Program-made: the position numbers and the translations under genes
Source: Candidatus Aenigmatarchaeota archaeon
GTDB taxonomy: Archaea; Aenigmatarchaeota; Aenigmatarchaeia; PWEA01; JACQIF01
Length of the DNA stretch: 64,000 bases
Reading direction: 5' to 3'
Assembly: GCA_016432325.1 (NCBI GenBank)
Contig: CP066684.1
Coordinates: 329,018 to 393,017 of the forward strand
In this document: one piece after another, positions 38,477-47,418 of the stretch
How the letters are laid out: every line of letters begins with the position of its first letter
How positions within the stretch are numbered: position 1 is the first letter of the stretch
Notes under the pieces: model-generated
Told to the model about the DNA's origin: nothing
What the model saw: the letters and a program-made list of their open reading frames with translations, nothing else
Databases searched by the model: none

Positions 38477-40945
38477 ATCCATCCGGAGCTCGTATATCTT
38501 TATGACGCCGTTGTCGTACACCTGCGTGAAGCGGTCGAACGTGTCTTCGTAGAAGTACATGCGCGTGAGCATCGTATTCTCCAGCTGCGGCGGTATCCAG
38601 ACAAGATACGAGTAACCCGGGTGGACCCAGACCGTGCCGGACAGGGTGGCATTGGACTGGGAGCTGAGAGATATGGCAACGGGCTTCCCGTCCATGTCGA
38701 CTATCTCTTTCGAAAAGACCGTGGGTTTGCCTCCGATGCCTGCGATGACAACCGGAATCTCCCTGCCGCCCACCTCCTGGAACGTTACGTTGATGTTCTG
38801 CTCATAGCGATAAACGTTCGGCTGCAACGTCGCGGCGTCGTACTGCACGGACTGGAGATTAAACTGCCCGTAGAGGGTGCAGTCGCCTCTGCTTGCAGAG
38901 GATATGGCGCCGGATGCGTCGCAGCCCGTGCCGAAGAACTGCAGCCACTGGAACTTGCCTATCAGGTCGTCTGACGTAATCCAGTACATCTCACTCGCGT
39001 CTCCGCGGTATTTGAGCAGCGTCTGCGCGGCCGCGTTCTCGTCGGTGGTGGAGAATATGGATCCCAGGTCCACTATCCTTGTATTAAGGCCCGGCCTGCA
39101 ATCGCCTTCCGCACAGTGAGCCCCGTCGGCTATGACGCGCCTGTGGGCAAAACCCGTTATCTGGTGGCCCGGGTCCCACCACGTTCCCACGACCGCGTCT
39201 GCGCTCGTGCTGTCGCGCAGCCATGTGAGAGCGGCTTCCCAGTTGCCGTCGAGCTCTCCGCCTCCTGACATAGATGCAAACTGGACGCCCCCCGAAACGG
39301 CTATCACCGTCGCCACGGCCATCGTAGCAAACATAAGCGCCTTTGGGAACACGTCTGCCGTCTCTCCTTCCTTGAAGCCGCGCATCGCATACGCGATGAG
39401 GAAAACGATCGCATGCACGGCCACGTTCCATGTGGGGTCCAGGCCGAAACCGAGACGCGCCCACGCGACGAAGTTCAACAGCATCGACAAGACAATCGCC
39501 GCCAGGATTAGCCAGCGCTTGCGGAAAGACAGAGAGAGCACGGCCATCGACGTGAGCGTCACCAGCATCAGGGCGGCCATGGGATTGTAGAACACCATCC
39601 ACATCGCGGAAAAGAAGACGGCTGCCACAGGAAATGCGTAGCGGCCCAGCTTGATGACGTCCCTGTGCATCTCGGACAGTGCGACGCCGGCGGCCACGGC
39701 AGCCGCAGGGGCGAACACGAGCATGAAACGAACGCCCTGCGTGATGGACACCAAGCTCAGCGCAGACCACGTCAGTAAAAGGGAGCCGAGCATCCGTTCC
39801 CTCTTCAGCATCAATATCGCGCCTGCCAGCGTCAGCACAACGGAGATCGACAGGTTGGCAAACAGCGGGGCGATGTTGTTGGAGAATATCGCAGTGTGCT
39901 GCAGTTCCGCGACTGAGATGTTGACTATCAGAACGCTCGTTGGGTCCTGGGAAAACTTGAACAGGAATTCGAACTGCTGCCACGCGGAGTAGCCGAGCAG
40001 CTGGGCCGCCGTAAGGCCGATAGCCATCGCCACAGCGAGCGGAGAGGCTTTCTCCACCAGCGCCTGGAAGTTCTTGGGGTTTACGTGCCTGACCACGACC
40101 AAGAAGGCACCTGCTCCGAGCGCGATGGCGACGAAAAGACCGACAACGCCCAGCGCCGCCGTTGCGGGAACGAGCCAGAAGAGCGTTGCGGCCCCGATGA
40201 ATGCCCCGCCAGCCGCAAGGGCTCCCAGAGAGGCCCACCGCCCGTGCGCGGCCTCTTCGAGCAAAGCGTACAAAAAGACAGACGCGATGGCTATGAACGG
40301 GACGTATACGCCGGGTCCCCACGCGAGCGCGAAGAGCATCATTCCGATTGCCGCTATCAGGACTTCAGACCATGCGACGCGGCCGCGTTCGAGCAGGCCT
40401 TTCAACGTCGCCCGCTTGAGCACCCGGACAAACAGGTACATCGTGAATATTGAAAAGAAGATGACGACCGTGTCGGTATCGTAGAAGCCGGCCATCGTAC
40501 GTGACAGAATCGCAGGACTTATCCCCACGAAAAGCGCCGACAGCACGCCTGCGTTCTTGCCTGAAAGTTCCCGGCCGAGGAAATACGCCGGGACGACAGC
40601 AATCGCCCCGTAGAACGCCGTGAGATATTTGACGAACGCGAAGAGGTCGACAGAAGGCGCGAAGACCGCAAACAGCTTGTAGAGGTACGCGGACACGTAG
40701 TACATGAGAGGCGGCGCGTTCGTCGGACGCCCGGGCGGATAGTACGAGAGTCCGTCCCAGTCGGGCAGCACGCCGTGCTCGACTATGTCTTCCGTGTACC
40801 TGTAGTGGAAAAACGGGTCGAAGGCCTGTATATATTTCATGTCCGCTGTCGCGAGACGAACCTGGAACGAGAGCAGGAGTATCAGAACCAGCAGCCCGGC
40901 CTTCCAGTGGTTGCGAACGAACGCCTCGGCTTTCTTCAATTCCAC
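38444..40945 (-). CDS. aglB: Oligosaccharyltransferase AglB (STT3 family)
   Basis: 833 aa, 13 TM N-terminal domain with FDPFFHYR and DGLSYYPPG loop motifs, WWDPG variant of WWDYG catalytic motif; GTG start, TATA ~37 nt upstream. Confidence 0.85.
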   Translation of the reverse strand: MELKKAEAFVRNHWKAGLLVLILLLSFQVRLATADMKYIQAFDPFFHYRYTEDIVEHGVLPDWDGLSYYPPGRPTNAPPLMYYVSAYLYKLFAVFAPSVDLFAFVKYLTAFYGAIAVVPAYFLGRELSGKNAGVLSALFVGISPAILSRTMAGFYDTDTVVIFFSIFTMYLFVRVLKRATLKGLLERGRVAWSEVLIAAIGMMLFALAWGPGVYVPFIAIASVFLYALLEEAAHGRWASLGALAAGGAFIGAATLFWLVPATAALGVVGLFVAIALGAGAFLVVVRHVNPKNFQALVEKASPLAVAMAIGLTAAQLLGYSAWQQFEFLFKFSQDPTSVLIVNISVAELQHTAIFSNNIAPLFANLSISVVLTLAGAILMLKRERMLGSLLLTWSALSLVSITQGVRFMLVFAPAAAVAAGVALSEMHRDVIKLGRYAFPVAAVFFSAMWMVFYNPMAALMLVTLTSMAVLSLSFRKRWLILAAIVLSMLLNFVAWARLGFGLDPTWNVAVHAIVFLIAYAMRGFKEGETADVFPKALMFATMAVATVIAVSGGVQFASMSGGGELDGNWEAALTWLRDSTSADAVVGTWWDPGHQITGFAHRRVIADGAHCAEGDCRPGLNTRIVDLGSIFSTTDENAAAQTLLKYRGDASEMYWITSDDLIGKFQWLQFFGTGCDASGAISSASRGDCTLYGQFNLQSVQYDAATLQPNVYRYEQNINVTFQEVGGREIPVVIAGIGGKPTVFSKEIVDMDGKPVAISLSSQSNATLSGTVWVHPGYSYLVWIPPQLENTMLTRMYFYEDTFDRFTQVYDNGVIKIYELRMDSLANATAGVG

Positions 40946-41222
40946 CCGTTCACCACCGCTTTGTGCACATCCGCAGGATTTAAATGGTTACTGCCCCCAA
41001 GGGCGGTATTTGCGAACCCTCGGTTCGCAAACTTACGAACCGCTGTTCGTAAGAACTTTAAAACGGCGCACGGTTTTAAATATCCGATATGCGATAATAC
41101 AGCAGGGCACTGGCATGAGACCCATTCTCCATCTCGACGAGGACACTGGTCCAGAGGACTATCCTGACGGAGTAGACCCAGAACCGCAGCCCGACGAAAA
41201 CGTATGATACGGTGGACACCAG

Positions 41223-41384
41223 ATGCTTGACAAAGACTACGTCGAAGTGGTTCTCAAATATCCCATGAAGATGGAACGGAAACTCCTCACACAGATAATG
41301 GAATATTCGGACTTCGTCGTGGTGCAGGAGCGCTACTCATGGTATTCGGGGAGGAAGGATATCCAATCCGAATGGCTTACCTGA
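41223..41384 (+). other. Possible 53-aa small ORF (MLDKDYVEVVLKYPMKMERKLLTQIMEYSDFVVVQERYSWYSGRKDIQSEWLT) in AT-rich spacer
   Basis: ATG..TGA open frame in AT-rich aglB/rpl44e spacer; no homology recognised. Confidence 0.15.
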
Positions 41385-41501
41385 ATGCCGCACAAATAAC
41401 GCTTATAAATAGCTTACTTCTACACCTACAATTCCGGCGAGACGCATGATAATCCTGTAACCGTCGGTTCCGGATTATCACGAGTATATTGGTGAAGTTC
41501 G

Positions 41502-41795
41502 ATGATAATACCCAAAACGATGCACCGCTACTGCGAGAAGTGCAAGAAGCACACCGAGCAGAAGGTCAGGCGCGAGAAGGTGGGCGCCACGAAGAGGCGC
41601 ACGATGGCCGGCGGCCAGCGACGCTATCTGAGACTCATGAAAGGCTATGGAGGCTTCCCGCGCCCGGATCCGAAAGGCCGCGAAAAGCCGACTCGCAAAG
41701 TGGACATCCGCTACGCATGCCTGGTCTGCAAGAAAGAGCACATCATAGGACAGGGCTTCCGCGCCAAGAAATACGAGATAGGAAAGGGTGAATAA
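41502..41795 (+). CDS. rpl44e: 50S ribosomal protein L44e (eL42)
   Basis: CEKCKKHT...CLVCKKEH zinc ribbon, GQRRY motif. Confidence 0.9.
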   Translation: MIIPKTMHRYCEKCKKHTEQKVRREKVGATKRRTMAGGQRRYLRLMKGYGGFPRPDPKGREKPTRKVDIRYACLVCKKEHIIGQGFRAKKYEIGKGE

Positions 41796-41985
41796 TATTC
41801 CAATACAACAGCGCGTCACGAGTTCAAAGTTCGTGGAAGTCGAGTGCCAGAAATGCAAGAACGAGCAGGTCGTCTTTTCGAAGCCGTCCGCTGACATAAA
41901 GTGCCTTGTTTGCGGAGAAGTCCTTGCCAAAGCGACGGGCGGCATCGCCGACTTCCAAGCCAAGATAAAGAGTCTTCTGGATTAG
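41788..41985 (+). CDS. rps27e: 30S ribosomal protein S27e (eS27)
   Basis: FVEVECQKCKNEQVVFS...CLVCGEVL C4 zinc finger; GTG start overlapping rpl44e stop. Confidence 0.85.
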   Translation: MNNIPIQQRVTSSKFVEVECQKCKNEQVVFSKPSADIKCLVCGEVLAKATGGIADFQAKIKSLLD

Positions 41986-42986
41986 ACGTACGCGGTCTCC
42001 CACGTCTTCAGCCCTTCGTAGTCGAACGACACAGTCATCGTCTCGAATCCTTTCCTTTTCAGGTCCCGCGCAAGCAGAGGCCTTTTTCCGGGGCCGCATA
42101 GGAACAACATAAAACCGCCGCCTCCGGCTCCCGTAACTTTACCTCCGAGGACGCCGTTGTCGCGAGCGTGCCTGTAGAGGTCGTCCAGATGTCTGTTCGA
42201 TATCTTGGCGCTGAATCTCTTCTTCGTTTCCCATCCTTCGTGGAGCAGTTCCCCCAACCTAATCAGGTTTCCTGACTCCAGAGCGTCGCGCGCAGAGAAT
42301 GCGATCCTCTTGGTCTTGTGAAACTCGTCTGTCGCACCTCTCTGGTCCTTGATTATGTCGCTGCCGCTTCCTATTGAGCGGCCTCCGGTATAGACGAGAA
42401 GCAGGTGCTGCTCCAAATCTAGGCGCGTCTGCTCATCCACGCGCAACGGAGTGACGCGCACGTTGTCCTTTCCGAACGTAATTCCGTTGAGTCCTCCATA
42501 CGCTGCGGCGTACTGGTCCTGCTTGCCTCCTGCAACCTTCAGCTCTTCCCTCTCAAGACGCAGCGCGGTCTCTGCCATGCCGTGGCGCGACATCCCCCTG
42601 CCGTCGAGTCCGTCAAATGCTCCGACAAGAGAGACGAAGGCTGACGCGGAGCCTCCCAAACCCGACGCAGGAGGCACCTCTGTGAAGAAGGAAACGTCGA
42701 CGCCGCGGCCTTTTGTGTTCATCCCCCGCACAGCAGCCTTGAGGAGGTCCATGTCTTTGTTGCTAGTCATGCTTTCCTGGGAAGCGAATCGACGAGTCTG
42801 CAAGAGGTCTCCAGATGTGATAACGATCTCTCTGTTACCCGTAGGCGCAAGAGTGGTGTGCGCGTAAAGTCTTATCGCGCCCGAAACGACGTAGCCGCCG
42901 TGCTCGTCGCAGTACGGAGGGACGTCAGTGCCGCCGCCTGCGAAAGAGATTCTCATGGGCGCGCGGCTGCGAATGGGCATGCGCAT
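41982..42986 (-). CDS. GHMP-family sugar kinase (COG2605; heptose-7-P kinase/fucokinase-like)
   Basis: PMRISFAGGGTDVPPY N-terminal signature and GHMP ATP motif PPASGLGGSASAFV. Confidence 0.65.
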   Translation of the reverse strand: MRMPIRSRAPMRISFAGGGTDVPPYCDEHGGYVVSGAIRLYAHTTLAPTGNREIVITSGDLLQTRRFASQESMTSNKDMDLLKAAVRGMNTKGRGVDVSFFTEVPPASGLGGSASAFVSLVGAFDGLDGRGMSRHGMAETALRLEREELKVAGGKQDQYAAAYGGLNGITFGKDNVRVTPLRVDEQTRLDLEQHLLLVYTGGRSIGSGSDIIKDQRGATDEFHKTKRIAFSARDALESGNLIRLGELLHEGWETKKRFSAKISNRHLDDLYRHARDNGVLGGKVTGAGGGGFMLFLCGPGKRPLLARDLKRKGFETMTVSFDYEGLKTWETAYV

Positions 42987-43033
42987 TGGACTGCTTGTCC
43001 AAGTTATTTATACGTTGCGCGCCAGTTCATTCC

Positions 43034-43804
43034 ATGGTATTCAGACGCAACAGGTTCCCCCAGACAAGCGAAATCGTCATAGGCACTGTGAAGGCCGTCA
43101 ACCCGTATTCGGTTTTCGTAAGACTTGACGAGTACCCTGCAGAAGGCATGGTCCATGTCTCAGAGGTCGCCAGAAAGTGGGTGCGCGACATCCGCACCTT
43201 CGCCAAGGAGGGCGGCAAGGTCGTCTGCGTTGTCATGGGCGTCGACGAACAGAAGGGGCACCTCGCCCTTTCGATGAAACGCGTTTCCGACGGCGAGAAG
43301 AACCGCCGCCTGCAGGAGTGGAAACGCGACCAGAAGGGAGAGAAGCTGCTTGAGAAAGTCGGGGAGAAAAAAGGGCTGAAACTCAATGAAGTATACGAGA
43401 GCGTCGGCTTCGACATACAGGACGCATTTCGCGACATGCTCGAGGCGTTCGAGACCGCGCAGAAGGACGTAACGCTCTTGGAACGCAAGGGCTTTACAAA
43501 GGAATGGGTTTCTGTTCTCAGGGAAATCGCCGATGAAAATCTCGAGATAAAGGAGAAGGAGATAAGGGGCGTCCTGGAAGCGAAGCTCTACACTCCTGAC
43601 GCCATCGACACGCTGAAGCGCGCGTTCGGGGACGCGGCCAAGAAGCACGGCGTCTCGATACGCTACGTCTCTGCGCCCCGTTACTCAATAACGTTCACGA
43701 CTGCCGACCCGAAGAAGGGGGACAAGCTGGTGAACGGGGCCGCCGAAGAAATAATGAAGGCCGTGCGTTCGCAAGGCGGCGAGGCTTCGTTTGAGATGGA
43801 GTGA
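43034..43804 (+). CDS. eif2a: Translation initiation factor 2 subunit alpha (aIF2alpha)
   Basis: S1 domain start EIVIGTVKAV..., 256 aa from internal ATG. Confidence 0.85.
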   Translation: MVFRRNRFPQTSEIVIGTVKAVNPYSVFVRLDEYPAEGMVHVSEVARKWVRDIRTFAKEGGKVVCVVMGVDEQKGHLALSMKRVSDGEKNRRLQEWKRDQKGEKLLEKVGEKKGLKLNEVYESVGFDIQDAFRDMLEAFETAQKDVTLLERKGFTKEWVSVLREIADENLEIKEKEIRGVLEAKLYTPDAIDTLKRAFGDAAKKHGVSIRYVSAPRYSITFTTADPKKGDKLVNGAAEEIMKAVRSQGGEASFEME

Positions 43805-43810
43805 GCACGC

Positions 43811-43963
43811 ATGAAGAAATGCTTCTCTTGCGGGCGTTACACGTTCAAACCCGCCTGCCCGGCCTGCGGCACGAAGACGCGCGACCCCAAACCGGTGCGC
43901 TTTTCTCCCGAAGACCGCTACGGAAAGTACAGGAGAATGGCGAAGGCGGCACGGAAGGACTGA
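43811..43963 (+). CDS. nop10: H/ACA ribonucleoprotein subunit Nop10 (not in ORF track, 50 aa)
   Basis: [50 protein letters not shown]: Zn-ribbon + conserved PxRFSPxDxY Nop10 motif; conserved position after eif2a. Confidence 0.8.
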   Translation: MKKCFSCGRYTFKPACPACGTKTRDPKPVRFSPEDRYGKYRRMAKAARKD

Positions 43964-44007
43964 TGTAACATATTTATAACCTACTGGGCAACTCTCATCG
44001 GATTTCC

Positions 44008-44793
44008 ATGCAAACCTATATCCGCGTTCTGGAGAAACCAAAACTAAAGAACCCCATACTAATCGAGGGTCTGCCCGGAATAGGCAACGTCGGCCGCATC
44101 GCCGCCGGATACCTCATCGAAGAGCTGAAGGCCAAGAAGTTCGCCGAGCTCTATTCTCCTCACTTCCTGCCTTACGTGCTGCTGCACGACAACGTGGCCG
44201 AAGTCCTCAAGAACGAATTCTACTTCTGGAAAAACCCGAAAGGCGACGACATCATAATACTCGTCGGCGACTCGCAGGCAGGGGACCCCAGCGGCGTCGG
44301 CCACTACGAGGTTGTCGAGAAGATACTGGATTTCTGCCAGGAGCTCGGCGTCAAGAAGATATTCACCCTTGGAGGATTCGCCACCGGCGAGATAGAGGAG
44401 ATGAAGGGCATCGAAGTGCTGGGAGCCGTCAATGAGGCCAAGCTCGCCAAGACGTACGCGTCCGCAGGCGTGAACTTTTCAGACACCGCCTCGCGCATCG
44501 GCATGATAGTGGGCGCGACAGGCCTGCTGATAGGTCTCGCGAAGCAAAGGAACATGGAAGGGGTCTGCCTGATGGGCGAGACCGCGGGCTTCCCGATTCT
44601 GACGGACCCGAGAGCCGCGGAGAAGGTCCTGCAATCCCTCGCCAAGATGCTCGGCGTCGCGGTCGATTTGGGAACCCTCGACAAGCGCGTCAAGGAGATG
44701 GAGGAGTTCCTCAAGAAGATAGAGAAGATGCAGCAGAAGGCCATGAAACAGCTCACGACCAAGGAGGGCGAGAAGCTGTCGTACATCGGCTAG
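44008..44793 (+). CDS. Proteasome assembly chaperone family protein (PAC2, COG1938)
   Basis: ILIEGLPGIGNVGRIAAGYL signature. Confidence 0.7.
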   Translation: MQTYIRVLEKPKLKNPILIEGLPGIGNVGRIAAGYLIEELKAKKFAELYSPHFLPYVLLHDNVAEVLKNEFYFWKNPKGDDIIILVGDSQAGDPSGVGHYEVVEKILDFCQELGVKKIFTLGGFATGEIEEMKGIEVLGAVNEAKLAKTYASAGVNFSDTASRIGMIVGATGLLIGLAKQRNMEGVCLMGETAGFPILTDPRAAEKVLQSLAKMLGVAVDLGTLDKRVKEMEEFLKKIEKMQQKAMKQLTTKEGEKLSYIG

Positions 44794-44837
44794 GCCTGAA
44801 AACTGCGTTTAAATACTTGTCTGCGGGTCAGGGTGTT

Positions 44838-45074
44838 ATGACTGCAACAGAGGGGCTCATCGGCCGCGTTTTCAATCCGGAACGCGTCACCAAGTTCGAG
44901 AAGACCAGAATCATAGGAGCGCGTGCGCTGCAGATAGCCGTGGGAGCGCCGCTGCTCATGGAGATAAAGGGAAAGCTCACCGAGCCCATAGACCTTGCAA
45001 AGATGGAGTTCGCCGAAGGCGTGATACCAATATCAGTCCGCAGGGCCATGCCCAAGAAGCTGGAGAAGAAGTGA
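44838..45074 (+). CDS. rpoK: DNA-directed RNA polymerase subunit K (Rpo6/RpoK)
   Basis: TKFEKTRIIGARALQIAVGAP core motif; ATG 44838 with TATA 44808-44818. Confidence 0.85.
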   Translation: MTATEGLIGRVFNPERVTKFEKTRIIGARALQIAVGAPLLMEIKGKLTEPIDLAKMEFAEGVIPISVRRAMPKKLEKK

Positions 45075-45078
45075 ATTC

Positions 45079-45282
45079 ATGGAACCTCAGGAAATTAGCG
45101 AACACGACCGCAATATTATCAGAGCTCTTCGAATCCCCCACGTGCACGGGTGCACCCTTGTCGCAGAGTTTGGTGAGCCCGAAGATAGGTCGTGCTGCGA
45201 CGCGCGCAGAGAGCTCAGGGATTATCTTAGAAAGAAGGGCCTTGTCAGAGACGGCTTCGAACAGGACATACCATACAAGTGA
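45079..45282 (+). CDS. Small hypothetical protein (67 aa), paralog A of tandem pair
   Basis: Shares RNI..IP..GCT...GLVxDG...DIPxK pattern with downstream ORF. Confidence 0.4.
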   Translation: MEPQEISEHDRNIIRALRIPHVHGCTLVAEFGEPEDRSCCDARRELRDYLRKKGLVRDGFEQDIPYK

Positions 45283-45482
45283 TGCAAATGGTTGTACTAA
45301 GCGAGAGCGTCCGTAACATCAGAGTCGCAATGATTCCTCTAGGAGATGACGGCTGCACAGTCTTCAGCGAATACAACAACGGAGAATATTCCGCCGGAGA
45401 CGACTTCCTGCAGGACTTGATCTACGATGGCCTGTTGGTAGACGGACTGCGAAAGCGCTCTGATATTCCAGGAAAATGCTAG
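45282..45482 (+). CDS. Small hypothetical protein (66 aa), paralog B of tandem pair
   Basis: Start overlaps stop of paralog A (GTGATG); homologous to 45079-45282. Confidence 0.4.
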   Translation: MQMVVLSESVRNIRVAMIPLGDDGCTVFSEYNNGEYSAGDDFLQDLIYDGLLVDGLRKRSDIPGKC

Positions 45483-45589
45483 CCGTGTTCTTTCTTCTGC
45501 CGCGCTTCAAGCCAGTTCCATGCTATCAGGGCAATCATCAGGAACGTGCCGCCGAATATCGCTATCGCGGTGCCCAACTGGTTTGGCAT
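45479..45589 (-). CDS. Putative 36-aa single-TM peptide (MPNQLGTAIAIFGGTFLMIALIAWNWLEARQKKEHG)
   Basis: ATG 25-30 nt from palindromic TATA CGTTTAAATACG shared with rps2; hydrophobic core. Confidence 0.25.
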   Translation of the reverse strand: MPNQLGTAIAIFGGTFLMIALIAWNWLEARQKKEHG

Positions 45590-45656
45590 GCGATAGGTGC
45601 GGAAAAAGCGTTTAAATACGTGACTAATACACCAACAGTGTGATTGCGTGAGTGAA

Positions 45657-46244
45657 ATGACAGAACTTGCAGACAGAAACTTGTATCTCGCGGCAGGCGT
45701 GCACATCGGCATGCGCGAGAAGAACAAGGAGATGCTCGAATACGTGTTCAAGAGGCGCGCGGACGGCTTGAGCGTACTGGACATCGAGAAGACCGACGTG
45801 AAGATAAAGGCCGCGGGCTCCTTCCTCGGGCGCTTCACTCCTTCAAAAGTTCTGGTCGTGAGCAGGAAAGCCGCGGGACACAAGGCCGCGATGCGCTTCT
45901 CAGACGCAACGGGCGCGCGAAACATCGTAGGCCGCTTCATGCCCGGCGCGTTGACCAATCCTTCTTTCAAGGACTATTTCGAAGCGGACGCCGTAATACT
46001 CATAGATCCTGCGTCAGACAAGCAGGCTCTCAAGGAAGCGATTCAGCGCGGCATCCCCGTGGTGGCGCTCTGCGATACGTACAACGGCGTGGAGTTCATA
46101 GACCTCGTGATTCCGACCAACAACAAGGGCAAGAAGGCGGTCGGACTCGTTCTCTACCTCTTGGCAAAGGAGATGATCAAGGCGCGCGGAGCGGACGACG
46201 CCACTGTCGCTTCTCTTAATCTAGAAAGGTTCCAGGAAGAGTAG
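45657..46244 (+). CDS. rps2: 30S ribosomal protein S2 (uS2)
   Basis: LYLAAGVHIGM...PVVALCDT archaeal S2 motifs. Confidence 0.9.
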   Translation: MTELADRNLYLAAGVHIGMREKNKEMLEYVFKRRADGLSVLDIEKTDVKIKAAGSFLGRFTPSKVLVVSRKAAGHKAAMRFSDATGARNIVGRFMPGALTNPSFKDYFEADAVILIDPASDKQALKEAIQRGIPVVALCDTYNGVEFIDLVIPTNNKGKKAVGLVLYLLAKEMIKARGADDATVASLNLERFQEE

Positions 46245-46287
46245 GCCCGATATACGCCAATTTAAACTCGTTTATCAAACCAATCCC

Positions 46288-46872
46288 ATGCAAAAAGACA
46301 ATCCAGCAGACATGTACCCCAGGCTGAAGCGCGGCCCGCAGACTCTCTTGCAGAAAGACATCGGTCTCATCCTCGCCTACACAGGCGTCTCTGACGGCTG
46401 GCGCGTCATCGAGGGCGGCACAGGCTCAGGCGCTCTGACAATCTATCTGGCCAACGCCGTGCGTCCGTCAGGCAAGGTCTACTCCTACGACTGGCGGCCA
46501 GAACACCAGAGCGTGGCCAAGCACAACATCAATCCCACGTCGTTGAAGAGTTTCGTGGTTTTCAAAGAGGCCGACATCTACGAGACGGATTTCACAGAGA
46601 AGGACGTGGATATGGTGACGCTGGACGTCGCAGAACCGTGGCACGTCTACAAGGCCGCCAAGAACTCCCTGAGAAGCGGCGGTTTTCTCGTCACGTTCAT
46701 ACCCACGTACGAGCAGCTGAAGAAGTGCACGCGTTCTTTGGCGCGTTCCAAGTTCCGCGACATCAAAGTCGTCGACTGCCTGTTGAGGGAATACAAAGCC
46801 GAAGAAAACTCCACGCGCCCGGAGAGCACAGGAATAATGCACACGGGATTCCTGATATTTGCGAGGAAGTGA
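46288..46872 (+). CDS. tRNA (adenine-N1)-methyltransferase TrmI/GCD14-like class I MTase
   Basis: RVIEGGTGSGALTIYLANAV SAM motif; TATA 46257-46268. Confidence 0.55.
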   Translation: MQKDNPADMYPRLKRGPQTLLQKDIGLILAYTGVSDGWRVIEGGTGSGALTIYLANAVRPSGKVYSYDWRPEHQSVAKHNINPTSLKSFVVFKEADIYETDFTEKDVDMVTLDVAEPWHVYKAAKNSLRSGGFLVTFIPTYEQLKKCTRSLARSKFRDIKVVDCLLREYKAEENSTRPESTGIMHTGFLIFARK

Positions 46873-46906
46873 TGCAGAGGACTGTTGTGGCGCACGCGCC
46901 CTCGTA

Positions 46907-47371
46907 TTACCCGCCACCGCCGCCTCCGTCGCCAATCGGTTCTGTTGAAGACAGAGCGCCCATAAGCGCGTCGTACGCCTGCGGGAAACTCTCTCCGACA
47001 AAGGGTAGGACTGATTTGTCCGTTGCGTCGTATTTTATTCCCAAGTAGACCTTGTTGTCTCCACCTTCGGCGAAGATATGCCTGCCTTTCATAATCCAGT
47101 CGTCCACAGGATCCGACGCATACTCTTGGCCGCGTTCGTATCGAGGGTGCCTGAGACCCTCCCATGATAGGTAGTCGAAGGATACGGCCGCCAGCGCGCT
47201 CTCGACAGTCGGCATTCTCGCGCCGGCCTTTACACGAGTCCTGGCCCGCGGATTGGGGCTAACGAGCACGGCTTCTCTCAAGTCGTTGCCGACCTTGCGT
47301 ACCTTGAGGGCGAGGCCCTTTTGCAGGGCCGCATCGATGCCGCCGAAAAGGTATCTTGCATGATGGGTCAT
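46907..47371 (-). CDS. Hypothetical protein (154 aa, Gly-rich C-terminus)
   Basis: ATG verified; likely co-transcribed with upstream hypothetical. Confidence 0.4.
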   Translation of the reverse strand: MTHHARYLFGGIDAALQKGLALKVRKVGNDLREAVLVSPNPRARTRVKAGARMPTVESALAAVSFDYLSWEGLRHPRYERGQEYASDPVDDWIMKGRHIFAEGGDNKVYLGIKYDATDKSVLPFVGESFPQAYDALMGALSSTEPIGDGGGGGG

Positions 47372-47418
47372 TCTACATCACCAGTGACGCGCATATTACA
47401 CTATCGATGAAAATCTAT

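Noticed and set aside
45479-45970. 163-aa minus ORF
   Set aside because: Mostly antisense to rps2; only the last 36 codons (small TM peptide with its own TATA) kept as low-confidence feature.
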